64,000 nt of DNA from NCBI RefSeq assembly GCF_027921745.1, contig NC_079238.1, positions 4,340,001 to 4,404,000 on the forward strand. Direction: 5' to 3'. The notes beneath the pieces were generated by a model. That model had not been told where the DNA came from. It was given only the letters and a program-made list of their open reading frames with translations, and ran no database searches. Source of the stretch: Schizosaccharomyces osmophilus. Taxonomy: Eukaryota. This document shows positions 11,901 through 22,512 of the stretch, in pieces (position 1 is the first letter of the stretch; every line of letters starts with the position of its first letter). The translations under genes and the position numbers were made by a program.

Positions 11901-12859
11901 GACGTGAAAAGATCGGCAGGAAGATCAGGATTCATAGGAAGTGTTTCTTTTGGACCACAGGCTGCAAGTTGGATACTGGTGGCATGCGATGGCATAGCCA
12001 AAATATTAGGGTTTTGTTTGGCAAGACGGAAAGCCTCTCTGTCTCTCTGCTCAGCGAATCGGTTGAAATTAGCAATGATATTTCCAGCAGCACTGCAATC
12101 GTAGACATATATACAAGGCGCTCCTAACCACGTCTGTAGGTCATACAAAGATACCGGAATATATTGAGTGTAATTTTTGTTAAATACCCATATTTCACCA
12201 GAAGAAGTAGGCATAGGAACACCATGGCCATTATAATGAAATAATATGCGCTCTTCCTTAGCATTTCGGCGTTGTGCAATACAAAGCTTCTTTACTTCTT
12301 CAATTGCCGGATCAAGGTAGTGACGATATCTAGTACGCATACTGAGCGTTTCATATTGCTGCTGCAAATTTTTTCCGATAGCTTCCAACGCTTTAGAAGC
12401 GGGCAAGGAAAATGGATCAATCCAACATTCGTATTTAGCACAAGGGTTGGGTTTGATTATATCAGGAGGATCTACTCCTATGTTTAAACATACTAACAGT
12501 GCTGCTGATATTGTTTTCAACCTTTCACGCATTCTCCAGTCATGTATAGTTTCCGTGGCTTCTGCAGACCTTTTACTAATCACACCGCGATGCCGCTTAT
12601 CCGTATAATACATATAAAACACTTGTTCTAGCATATTAATATATTCTGCATTATTGTATTCTTCTTCAAACCCATGCCTGGGTTGAGGAAATGCAACTCC
12701 AAAACCATCATTCGCTGAACTTGTCGTGTCCCCACCAGTCTCTGTCATGCAATTACTAGTTTCTGTATAGCCATCACTTCCTGTCTCATTCGTATTAAAG
12801 CTCAAAATAGACCTATGGGTCCTAGAGCTAGTGGAGTGTTCGCTATTTCGGTCATTCAT
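8909..12859 (-). CDS. mip1: TORC1 subunit Raptor/Kog1 (RNC, HEAT, WD40), ~1316 aa
   Basis: RNC motifs LCLNIGVDPPD and LFHYNGHGVP, armadillo middle, C-terminal WD40. First ATG at 12859 (MNDRNSE). Confidence 0.98.
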   Translation of the reverse strand: MNDRNSEHSTSSRTHRSILSFNTNETGSDGYTETSNCMTETGGDTTSSANDGFGVAFPQPRHGFEEEYNNAEYINMLEQVFYMYYTDKRHRGVISKRSAEATETIHDWRMRERLKTISAALLVCLNIGVDPPDIIKPNPCAKYECWIDPFSLPASKALEAIGKNLQQQYETLSMRTRYRHYLDPAIEEVKKLCIAQRRNAKEERILFHYNGHGVPMPTSSGEIWVFNKNYTQYIPVSLYDLQTWLGAPCIYVYDCSAAGNIIANFNRFAEQRDREAFRLAKQNPNILAMPSHATSIQLAACGPKETLPMNPDLPADLFTSCLTSPIEISVRWYVLQNPFPSNLNLNMLLKIPGRLQDRRTPLGELNWIFTAITDTIAWNVFPKHLFRRLFRQDLMVAALFRNFLLAERIMLVHSCHPQSSPPLPPTHDHPMWNSWDLAIDNCLSQLPDMLEAESKGVSYEYKHSMFFSEQLTAFEVWLSQGLITRKPPDQLPLVLQVLLSQVHRLRALILLSKFLDLGIWAVDLALSIGIFPYVLKLLQSPAIELKPVLVFIWARILAVDDSCQADLLKDNGYGYFVQILNPNSSIFPSSNISEHRAMCAFILSIFCRGFPQGQLACLGPQVLSHCLSHLNSPDSLLRQWACLCIAQLWDNYSEAKWSAIRDNAHTMLGEIVFDPVPEVRASALVALTTFLGFPDKTEEVIAIETYIAFSALVAMSDASPMVRRELMIFLSHFVVCYKKRFIVVAYEDSISLNPRKKQHTPISESTIFETVWQAILSLSADPSVEVSMAAEAVVNYVYQTILNSSLKDEFSAFVSKSLPVPRNPITAQDTVTENTALDGDSRSYSASRSPAERTKLNRSFSLTKSLKGLALSFSGNDKASDILSLNGDSKASDYGASRLTDAKIPVPPSFNSIEYQSELDMPITSHFFDWSRKYYTEPQMRPNEDDEPGSVCYNQRLWRRNRNEKLIYQTRPLAELSGNNHWNQQVSSINNVFTPKKLVFHQFEDQLVSLSNNNLIQVWDWSRSKCLNAFKTASNLRSDVMDMQLLNEDDIALLMTGTSEGIVRLYRNYDTEDVELVTSWNALGDLMFGDRDAGLLLNWQQNCGHLLVAGDVRVIRIWDASKELCHSSLPARSSNGITSLTSDLVGCNVIVAGFSDGALRVYDKRLPARESMTDVWKEHGSRIVNLEMQSSGMRELISASTDGEVKLWDIRSNHSLLTIPAHTNDLMSLSAHSHAPVFATGSSNQYVKVWSTDGKNINTFRESSRFLTHSKLGGLSCLKFHPHHLMLACGDSTDNRINFYSCNKNELITNAVNEYY

Positions 12860-13234
12860 TTCGTGCAAACCAGGTGGTTAATTCATACAATCATTTCTAA
12901 TCTCTTGGAATACTATCCAAATGTTTTTCTGATTCAAAGAAAAATATTTTCGTAATTAGTAAACGGTTAAATAATTCTGCTGAAGCAACTGGTATTTTGC
13001 TGTAGACCTCAGTTGCAGGCTAGAAAAGCATTTAATGATTTATTTGGTTGTGTTTAGCATATTGTTTGCTTTCGTTCTTCCGTTTAGTGTATTGCAAGGT
13101 TTTATCTTTATTTGCAGCTGGATCTCGACGTTGTAGGGTAGTTACTATTTACCCTCAACAATACACAGCTTAGGCGATATTAGAAGGGAAGTAATCTTGC
13201 TACTTCAAGTAGACGAGAGGGAACCTTCATAAGA

Positions 13235-16050
13235 ATGAGTTATTCCAAAAAAGATGAAGATAACGGTAAGTACCGGGGAACATACGAAGTGTCTAATTGT
13301 AGCATAGATGAGTCGATATTCTCGAATATTAATCAGATTTCTGTAACGCAAGATGCAAGAGCATTTCACCAATCATCAATTTCACCCCGGAAAAGCCGGA
13401 TGTTGCTTTGCAAGATTGCATATCTGTTGTATACAGGAGATCGATTTCCTGAAAAGCAAGCAACTGAATTGTTTTTTGGCATCACGAAGCTTTTTCAGCA
13501 CAAGGATCCTAATCTAAGACAATTTGTTTACATTATAATCAAGGAATTGTCTTCGATCGCGCAGGATGTGATTATGATTACTAGTAGTATTATGAAAGAC
13601 ACCGCAACGGGGAGTGAAGTGGTTTATCGTCCGAACGCTATACGTTCACTTGTTCGGGTAATTGACGCGAACACTGTTCCCGCTATTGAGCGTATTCTTA
13701 CAACCGCTGTCGTTGATCCAGTTTCTGCTGTTGCTAGCGCTGCGTTGGTATCCGCGTATCACTTATATCCAGTAGCCAAAGATGTGGTATCCCGCTGGAG
13801 CAACAAGGCTCAGGATGCTACAACTTCTCATATTGTTGGCAGAAAGGTTGCTAATTCGCCCTTCTTTGCCACTTCTTTAGGTTATATGCCTTCAGCCAGC
13901 GGTATCTCCCAATATCATGCACTTGCTCTGTTATATAGAATTAGACAGTCTGACCATATTGCTGTCTTAAAAATATTTCGGGATATTGCTTCGAAGGTTG
14001 CTGGACTTTCCAATTCTCATGCTTTTGTCATGTACGTCCGTTATGTTGCTAGTCTTATGGATCAATATCCCGACATGCGTAAAGACATGGTACCTTTGTT
14101 TCACAACTGGTTGAAAGGTAAAGGCGATATGGTCAATTTGGAGATTGCTAGAAACATGATTCGCCTAAAGACCCTTGGTGATGAGGATTTACGTCCCGTA
14201 GTCGCTGCATTAACTATATTCCTTACCTCCCATCGCTCTGCCGCTCGCTTTTCTGCAATCCGTACTTTAAATGAATTAGCCATGACCCGACCTCATCTAT
14301 TGTACTCTTGCAATCCTATGATCGAAAGTCTAATTACTGATGCGAACCGCTCCATAGCTACTTATGCTATTACCACTTTACTCAAAACCGGAAATGAAGA
14401 ATCTGTTGATCGTCTCATGTTACAAATAGCTAATTTTATGTCTGAAATTCCCGATAACTTCAAGATTATCGTCGTTGATGCCATTCGTTCCTTATGTTTG
14501 AAATTCCCTCGTAAACAAGAGGCGATGTTATCCTTTCTTAGCAATATACTTAGTGACGAAGGTGGTTACGAGTTTAAACGTGCTGCTATCGATGCTATTT
14601 TCGATATGATCAAATACATTCCTGAATCGAAGGAGAAAGCCCTTGCCGAGCTATGCGAGTTTATTGAAGACTGCGAGTATCCAAAGATTGCAGTTCGTAT
14701 CCTTTGTATACTAGGTGAAGAAGGACCTAAAGCTGCAGAACCAACAAGATTTATTCGGTATATCTATAACAGAATTATGCTTGAAAATGCAATTGTCCGT
14801 TCGGCCGCTATTAGTGCGCTCACTAAATTTGGTGTCAATGTCAAGGACAATTTTGTTAAGCATAGCGTAAGAGTTATTCTCTCCAGATGCTTGGATGATG
14901 CTGATGATGAGGTGCGCGATCGGGCTGCTTTAAGCGTTAAAGTTTTGGATGACATGGATTCCTTCCTGCCTTTTGTCAAATCTAATAAAGTTCCTTCTAT
15001 TCCAGCATTGGAGCGTAGCCTTGTTCTTTACGTTACTGGTGACAAATTTGACCAACCTTTCGACATTGAGGCCGTGCCAACGTTAACTCAAGAACAAATT
15101 GATGCAGAAAATCTCAAGGTTAAGACGGCATCCACTGAGATTTCTCAAGTTGCACCAGCTCCAGTCGTTGATGAAAGCGCTGAAGCGGTCGTCAAAGCCG
15201 AAACCGAATTTAAGTCTGTTTTGGAATCCATCCCTGAGTTCAGTTCTTTTGGTCCGGTTTTGAAGTCATCTTCTTTAATTGATGTTACCGAACGTGAAAC
15301 TGAGTACGTGGTTAAGGCCATTAAGCATATATTTGAAAAACATATTGTCATTCAGGTAAGTCGACTCATTCCTTGAATAAGGACAGGTCATATTAACAGT
15401 TATAGTATCAACTTCAGAATACATTAACGGAGGTTGTTTTGGAGAATGTCACCGTTGGCTGCGTATCATCTAATGAAAATTTAATCGAGGAATTTGTGAT
15501 CCCTGCGCCAGTTGCTGCTAACGAACCAGTTTCACTTTATGTCAGTTTCTCGTATGAAGGTTCTGATTTGTTCAATACTCCTACAGTCATTGAAAATGTA
15601 CTACGCTTTACTTCTAAAGAGATTGATCCTCATACTGGCAAACCGGAAGAAGAAGGTTACGACGATGAGTACAATATTGACGATTTGTGGCTTAAGTATG
15701 GAGACTTTTGTATTCCTTTCACTTTCTCCAATTTTGATGAACATTGGGAGCAACTTGATCATGAAAGTTCCGCAGTTTATTCTCTTAGTGAAATAGAGTC
15801 TTTCAAAGCCGCATGCTCTCACTTGGTGGAGCTTCTGCAAATGCAGCCCGTGGATGGAACAGATAATGTAAACGATGATGCACCCTTGCATGTACTGAAA
15901 TTGTGCGGTGGATTTGTTTCCGGAGGAAAAGTGCTTGCAATTATAAAGATGATTCGTGCGAACGGCGCGGAAGGTGTCACCATCAAATTAATTACAAGAG
16001 CCGAAGACGAGAAAGCTACAGAAAGTTTGCCAACCGCTTTTGAAGGATAA
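13235..16050 (+). CDS. sec21: Coatomer gamma subunit; 3 exons
   Basis: EFIEDCEYPKIAVRIL..LGEEGP and IYNRIMLENAIVR motifs. Introns 13266-13307 and 15356-15405; exon 3 resumes YQLQNTLTEVVLENV in frame. Confidence 0.97.
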
Positions 16051-16537
16051 ACAGTCGAGACAAGTTACTTGATCCAACGAGAAACGAATTTCATGAAAGC
16101 AGATATTATTCGAAAGACGGAATTAACAAAGCTATGTATAAGTGAAAGATAGATAGAAAGGAAAACTTTAATTTTATTAGGCAGACGAGAATGAATGAAT
16201 TTTGAAAGAGTACTATTAAATGTAAATAAGCTACAGTTAAGAAGTGATTATTATGAGCTCTGTGTAAAAATATTTAAAATCAGTTGAATTATCTTAACCA
16301 AACTAAACAAACAAATGGAAAGGAATTATATATAAAAAACGAAAAATGAAAACAAACAGGAGGGCATGGAAGAAATATGTGGATCGATTACTCATTAAAA
16401 GTTTTGGCTCTAACATCAAACATAACGGAATATATCAGGAAAAAATAATAAAATAACTCATGCGGCGTAAATGGATTAACGGAATGGGAAAATAGGAACG
16501 AGTGAATACTGAGAGCAAGGAACATAAACAAGGTTGC

Positions 16538-17641
16538 TCATTCGGCAGAGGAACCGGCGAAAGGTACGACAGCATTACAGGTGGGGCAGGTATGTCTGTA
16601 GTCAACGACCCATTTTGAGATGCAATCTCGGTGAAATTCATGCTTACAAGGCAATGCGATGACTTTATCGCCGCGATTGAAAGCTTCAAGGCAAATGACG
16701 CATTCGACGCCATAGGCAGCACGTCGAGCAGTCTCGTCCATTAAAGGAACAGCTTCGTTGTCTGGGATATCATTTTCAACGTCTTCTTCGTAGAAGCCTT
16801 CACGAGAAATCGTCCTTGAGGGTAAGTTTTGAATGAATTCTTTTGTTTTCGACCGATTTTTGTAAGTACGGATGATGCGCCGAATAGCAAGTGCTTGAAC
16901 AGTTGCGAGCATGATAATAGAAGGAGAAAAGCAAAGAAGAAAGGGCCAAAACATATCACTGAGTTCCTCCGGCTTGGCGTAGATTTTGAGAAAGCGGTTT
17001 TCTGAATACAGTATATCAGAATATAGAATGCTAAAGGATGTAGAGGAAACAAATAGGGATGGAATGGAGACGCGGGAGTCTTCCTTTCCTGGACCCACCA
17101 TGTATTGCAGATGGGAGTTAATTTGTTTTCTATTATCGCCGACGACAATTCCCTGAAATCCTGAATCTTGAGCATGCAGTGCTTTTTCAAAAAAGGTACA
17201 TTTCCCTCGCTGCACTACAAGAAAGTTGAGTGCATCGTCGTCATCCCCGTCATTGTGATTTTGTGATTCCACAAAGTCAATTGAGTCTTCCTGAATCCTT
17301 CGAAACCCTTTCTTTTCTTCATCTACGGGCAAAGACATGCTCAATTGTTCATGTCCCGACCTCCCAGAACAACCCGTCAGATCATCTTGGAAATTCGAGG
17401 GCAGGAAAAGCCGAATCTTCGTTGTCAAAGAGCTATTCGTTAATCCTTTACCAAAACTAGCCTGCCTTGCCCACAAGGTGACATTTCGTGCAGGAAGTTG
17501 CAGAGCAACATCCGTGTTAGCAGCAAATCGGCTGGGAGACAAGATGTTGTCTAGAATTCCAAAATCAAAAGCAATGACTTCAAGCAAAATAACATAACTT
17601 ATGGAAGCTAATGTACATAATATAATAGAATAGTTAGACAT
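16538..17641 (-). CDS. PA-TM-RING (RNF13/RNF167/GRAIL-type) membrane E3 ubiquitin ligase, ~367 aa
   Basis: Hydrophobic N-terminus, PA-domain motif LVVQRGKCTFFEKALHAQ, TM segment, and RING-H2 CVICLE..LPCKHEFHRDCISKW..CPTC. First ATG at 17641. Confidence 0.92.
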   Translation of the reverse strand: MSNYSIILCTLASISYVILLEVIAFDFGILDNILSPSRFAANTDVALQLPARNVTLWARQASFGKGLTNSSLTTKIRLFLPSNFQDDLTGCSGRSGHEQLSMSLPVDEEKKGFRRIQEDSIDFVESQNHNDGDDDDALNFLVVQRGKCTFFEKALHAQDSGFQGIVVGDNRKQINSHLQYMVGPGKEDSRVSIPSLFVSSTSFSILYSDILYSENRFLKIYAKPEELSDMFWPFLLCFSPSIIMLATVQALAIRRIIRTYKNRSKTKEFIQNLPSRTISREGFYEEDVENDIPDNEAVPLMDETARRAAYGVECVICLEAFNRGDKVIALPCKHEFHRDCISKWVVDYRHTCPTCNAVVPFAGSSAE

Positions 17642-17877
17642 ATCGTGAGTCGTTAGAGAATGCGGTGCAGAGTCACAATGACTGGCAGCGTTGGGGTTGT
17701 GTGAGGAAGCCAATCGTTCCTAATATCCTCTGAAACATCGTAAATCCTCTTCACTACGATACTTCGTAGTATACACACTATGATAATGGTGAGCTACTCT
17801 ACCCTCCATCCTCTTTAAAACCTTTAGCGAGCATTTTTGAAGGTCGCTAAACTAAAAAGAAAAGCAAAAAAATTTAT

Positions 17878-17971
17878 TGACGAAGGTGGGGTTCGAACCC
17901 ACGCCCACAAACGTAGACTAGCAATTGCTTTCACCTGAAGCTAGCGCCATAGACCACTCGGCCACTTCGCC
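17878..17971 (-). tRNA. tRNA-Leu(CAG) with 10-nt intron
   Basis: GGCGAAG/CTTCGTC acceptor stem, A box TGGCCGAGTGG, anticodon arm CTAGC-TTCAGG[TGAAAGCAAT]T-GCTAG, long variable arm, GGTTCGAACCC B box, downstream T-run, TATAAA about 30 bp upstream. Confidence 0.96.
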
Positions 17972-18556
17972 TTTTGTTGATGATGATAGAAGGAAAAGCT
18001 TTATAAAGTTTTTTTGTAACCGAATGGTAGTTGGAGTTGTTTGTTTACAAGATAATAAACAAAAAAAAAAGAAAGATCCCCATAATTGAGATATACAAAG
18101 AAAATAACTGTGAATTTGCACTTGGTAAGATTAATAAACCAAAATAAATGCAACTCTATTCGCTGTTGACGAAATGGAATAAAATGTTTTGATTCTTCTT
18201 ACTGTATAGACTAACAATGAACAGGAAATAGGAAAGAAGTCGGTTCTGCTTTTCATAACGCGGTTTTTCTGATATTTTTATTTCTTTAGTTATACGTAGT
18301 GACTATAAGTTATGTGATTTCTATACACAAGAAACGTAGGAACCGCAAGGAAACGTTTGAAGGGTCGATCTCCTCTATTCCCTATTTACAAATACTAATG
18401 TATCATGTCGAAGGTAGTACTTATCAGTTCTATCCCGATGGTGTTTATACCTATTCATAAAAAAGATTCCTATTTAAAAGTATCCTAAAAATTCCATTCG
18501 ATAAGAGAGTCAAATTGTAGTTAAAATGGGCTATTGTACTGTAATTACTAACAGTA

Positions 18557-18640
18557 CTCTCGATGGTGTAGTTGGTTATCACATCCGGCTGTAATGTTAA
18601 AGATACCGGTTGGTCGCTAGTTCGAATCTGGCTCGAGAGA
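18557..18640 (+). tRNA. tRNA-Tyr(GTA) with 10-nt intron (18595-18604)
   Basis: CTCTCGA/TCGAGAG acceptor stem, TGGTGTAGTTGG A box, TCCGG-CTGTAA[TGTTAAAGAT]A-CCGGT anticodon arm, GTTCGAATC B box, T6 terminator just downstream. Confidence 0.97.
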
Positions 18641-19165
18641 TAATTTTTTATTTGTCACTTTTTTATGCGAATTTTGTTTTTTGTTGGTTTTTCTTTTGAT
18701 TTTACGTTTTCTCTCATATCTCTTACTTATCCATTCTCATGTTTGGAATACATTGAATTCATTTTATTTCATCGTCTGATCCCAAACTATAGGGAACATA
18801 CTTCATAGCAATCAAGAAGTCAACTATTACTTTTCTTACAATAAACATGAAAAAAAGCAAAGTCAAAAAGACATCTAGACAACGAGAAATAAAAAGTTGT
18901 ATAAAATAAGTTCGTTTTTCAAAGATCTATCAATAAGCCATTGAGGGAATGCAAGTAAAAAAGTGTCTTGATAGAACTGCTATATTGACAGTTCCCATCA
19001 TCAAGGTTGCAATTAAATTTCCATTAAAAATAAAGAGACAAGAATAAAAAGAATCCACAGGAAAAAGAATCACTCCAAGAAGAGCAAATATGGGACTCCT
19101 TAGAAGTTAACCACGTATCTCTTCCATGGGACAAACATATAAAACAATGCATGACAAGAAATAAC

Positions 19166-20777
19166 TCAGACACTTTGCGTAACCTGCTCAGCAGGAGGTG
19201 ATTGGTAAACAGCCATACTACAAAAAGGTTAGTACCATGATCCTTAGTATACTTCTAAAACTCATCATTAAATTTTCATACCCGCTGTGTTTGCTCTTTT
19301 TCAATTCCCGCCGAATGGCAGCTTGATCCAATGGTTTGATAAGTTCGAAAGAGCAAAGAAGCTCAGAATTAACACTCATGACAGCACCCCAATTATCGAA
19401 TTCTCCACAATAGTTGGGGGCAGAAAAAACCGTACATAATGTCCTCTCATTAAAAAATTCATAACCATCTTCAACTACCATATGCGCACGACAAATCAAG
19501 TCGAAATCGTGCCTTGCCAAAAATTGCCGAATAATATTTTTGTTAAATACAAATGAAACACCTCGTTCATTATCTTCCCAATCATTTTCCATGTCTGCAG
19601 GGTCAGACCACAGCAAATCATTTAATAAACCATAATCAGGAACATCAGTGGGCCGAGTAATATCTTTAATATCATCCATAGAACTTAGTGCAGGAGACAA
19701 TCCCCCATGCACACAAAAAATTTTGCCAGCAACTACGGAAGCAATAGGTAGGCAATTAAAGCTGTTGATAAAGGTCTTCCAAATCTTAATATTGCAACGT
19801 CGTTTACATTCATCGTAAAAGCCATATACACGAGTAATATTAGCACATTCATGATTTCCACGAAGGAGAAAAAAGTTTTCGGGATATCGAATCTTGTATA
19901 AGAATAAAAGTAAAATTGTTTCCAGGCTCTGTTTACCACGATCAACGTAATCACCAAGAAATAAATAGTTTGAGCTCGGAGGAAATCCACACATTTCAAA
20001 TAATCGAATTAAGTCCGAGTATTGCCCATGGACATCACCAACGATTTTGACAGGCGGCATGAGTTCTAAAAAGGTGGGTTGTGAAAGAAAAATCTCCCTC
20101 ACAGCCATGCAAATACTAACAATTTCTGCGTTTTTCAAGCAAACGCTTTTGCTACTTTTTCGAGAGTATCCAGCATGAATGAGTCGCTGAATCATTTCAT
20201 CAACATTTAGACTCACCAGTGCATCAGGATCATCCGGATTCATCGCAGATAAAGCAGAATTCGGGATTACAACCGGTCCCTGTGGGTCGTATTGAAGGTA
20301 ACCGGGAGCACTTGTTGAATCTGCTATCGGTTCATGATTCGAGTCATAGGATCCAGGAGAGGCAACCGAAGAAAGCGGCGGTGGTGATAGCGACCGATTA
20401 CTTGCCAACCCCCCGGAGCTGATATTACTTGATGAGACACCACCCGCATTTGAAGTGGGCGATTGACTAGAGCCCATGCCAGCTGCGGCCCATTCTTCTT
20501 GATTTTGACGGTGCAGGTTGGAGCCTGAACCCGATGTAGCCAAAATGCCCGGCGATGGCGGCGGAGGAAGGCTGGGCGGTGTTTCTGGAAACTTATGGCG
20601 GCTGTTGGTGGTATCAGTAGACGTTCTTCGATCATAACTCGAATCTTTATCTTTATCTTTCCGTAAGGCTGTCTTTAAAGATTTGAAGGATCGAATTGAA
20701 CCCTGCGTATCTGATCGACTAAAGGAAGGGTAGGAATCCAAACGGTGATCACTCTGTTTACTACTCCCTTGTCCCAT
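19166..20777 (-). CDS. pzh1: PPZ-type Ser/Thr protein phosphatase; 2 exons
   Basis: MGQGSS myristoylation motif, Ser-rich N-half, GDVHGQ/GDYVDRG/RGNHE/SAPNY motifs. Intron 19281-19218 gives the C-terminus [17 protein letters not shown]. Confidence 0.97.
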
Positions 20778-21345
20778 TGCGTTTCAATCAGTTCGTTTCC
20801 TAGTGTGAATTTTTAATCTTTCTTTTTCCTAAAAATTCTTTTTTACGTTATTTAGTTACTTGCTTGCATTTAGTGCCAAAAAATCCGCTTTGTCTCTCCT
20901 CTATGAGTCTTCCAATTCTATTTCGTATCTTTTCGATAGCCCTTCAGCTTTTTTCACTCTTGTGTCTTTTGTGTTTCAAATCAATCCTTTCGTATGTTTA
21001 TATCCCGTTAAATCTGCGAATTGTATAGATTCGTAGGTTTGTGGTAAAAAGCGAGTTTCCATGGAAGGTAAATTGCGGCCAGTTGTTACAGACGCAATCG
21101 CCCGAAAATGGGTTCACCAAGATTCGAAATGGTGACCTACATAACGAAATGGAAGACTTTTTCGGTAAATGGTAGAATAACACTTCGAGAATTCTTCAAT
21201 TTTTCTTGTAAAAACAATAAAAGGAAAGTTTGTTTTGAATTGTCCATAGTAACGTTGTGATATTTTTTCAATCTTATTACTATTTTCACTTTTCCTGCGG
21301 TCACTACTTTCCTGATTTTTTGATTTGACTTACTTAACACCTAAA

Positions 21346-22275
21346 ATGCTGATTTTAGACGCAGGTTCCACTTCCATTCTGTCAAAGATTCCGGTTGAAA
21401 AACTAGAGTCGTCAAGACTTTGGACTTCAGAAGCCCTTGTGCAATTTCCAAACGAAGTATTGCAACACCATAAGGATTACCTTAAAGTATGTGATATTAT
21501 AAGCACATTTACCTACCAACTTGACGAATCAATTTATGACGAGCAAGTCGAAAAGGTCCCTCTACTGGAAACTTACTCGCGTAGTATGGTCCTTGCCCTA
21601 CAAGCCAGAGAAGAGGCCCAGCTTCCTAAAAAGTATGTCGCTCTTACTTTGGGTAGCCATGCTGCAACCATACCAGGAGCCATGGAGTACCGCATGGTTT
21701 ACGATAAGCCTGGTGACTTTGATATGCTTTACAACTTTCATAAAAAGCGCGTTCAACAGTTTCAGTCTTCCAATCCAGAAGCTTTCAAGCAGATCGACTT
21801 TATGGCATTCGAAAGTCTTCCACACCTCACTGAGGCTCTTGCCTTGCACAAGCTTTTGACTGACTTCAAGGGTTGGAACAAGCGATGCTGGATTACTAGC
21901 ACTTGCCCTGATTTAAAAAGTCTTGACCGTGTGAAGCAAATTCTCACAGCACTTTTGGACACTAATTCTCAATATATTTGGGGTGTCGGCGTGAATTGCT
22001 GCCACATTAGCTTACTTCCGACCATAACAAGCTCCCTCTCGGAACTATTCATAAATCATCCTGACAAAACTGTCATGCTGTATCCTGACGGCCGTGGTTA
22101 TCCTAATCCCTATACGACTTCTCTTACCTCCGAAGTAAAGCCTGCTCCCTCTCCTCAGGAATGGGCGGACTCCTCTTTTGAATACTCTAACTTGAATGAC
22201 GGCAATGTTGTTATTGGTGGTTGCTGTGAAACAGATATCCGCCATGTTGGTAATTTAAGAACTAGATGTCATTGA
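21346..22275 (+). CDS. Homocysteine S-methyltransferase family protein, 309 aa
   Basis: ILDAG, AFES, GVGVNC and IGGCC (Zn-binding cysteines). First ATG at 21346. Confidence 0.9.
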   Translation: MLILDAGSTSILSKIPVEKLESSRLWTSEALVQFPNEVLQHHKDYLKVCDIISTFTYQLDESIYDEQVEKVPLLETYSRSMVLALQAREEAQLPKKYVALTLGSHAATIPGAMEYRMVYDKPGDFDMLYNFHKKRVQQFQSSNPEAFKQIDFMAFESLPHLTEALALHKLLTDFKGWNKRCWITSTCPDLKSLDRVKQILTALLDTNSQYIWGVGVNCCHISLLPTITSSLSELFINHPDKTVMLYPDGRGYPNPYTTSLTSEVKPAPSPQEWADSSFEYSNLNDGNVVIGGCCETDIRHVGNLRTRCH

Positions 22276-22512
22276 AATTATCGCTTTTTTATTTAGCTTA
22301 CCTAACACTTTTCTGCTTTTACCAAGTTTATAGAATCCTTCAATGCATTATGCTTACCAATACACTTTTATTATAGTTCCTAAAACCCATTTTACCCTAA
22401 TTTAAATTGTTATAATACATCTATCTCAATTCCTTATACGATATTCGAATCGCCAAAACGGAAAAATCCAAAAATGATAGAAACCATGCAATACGGCTGT
22501 ATCCAAACGAGT

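Noticed and set aside
17753..17851. Two short inverted repeats (ACTACGA/TCGTAGT; TTTAGCGA/TCGCTAAA) upstream of the RING E3
   Set aside because: 7-8 bp stems with no other support; expected occasionally by chance.
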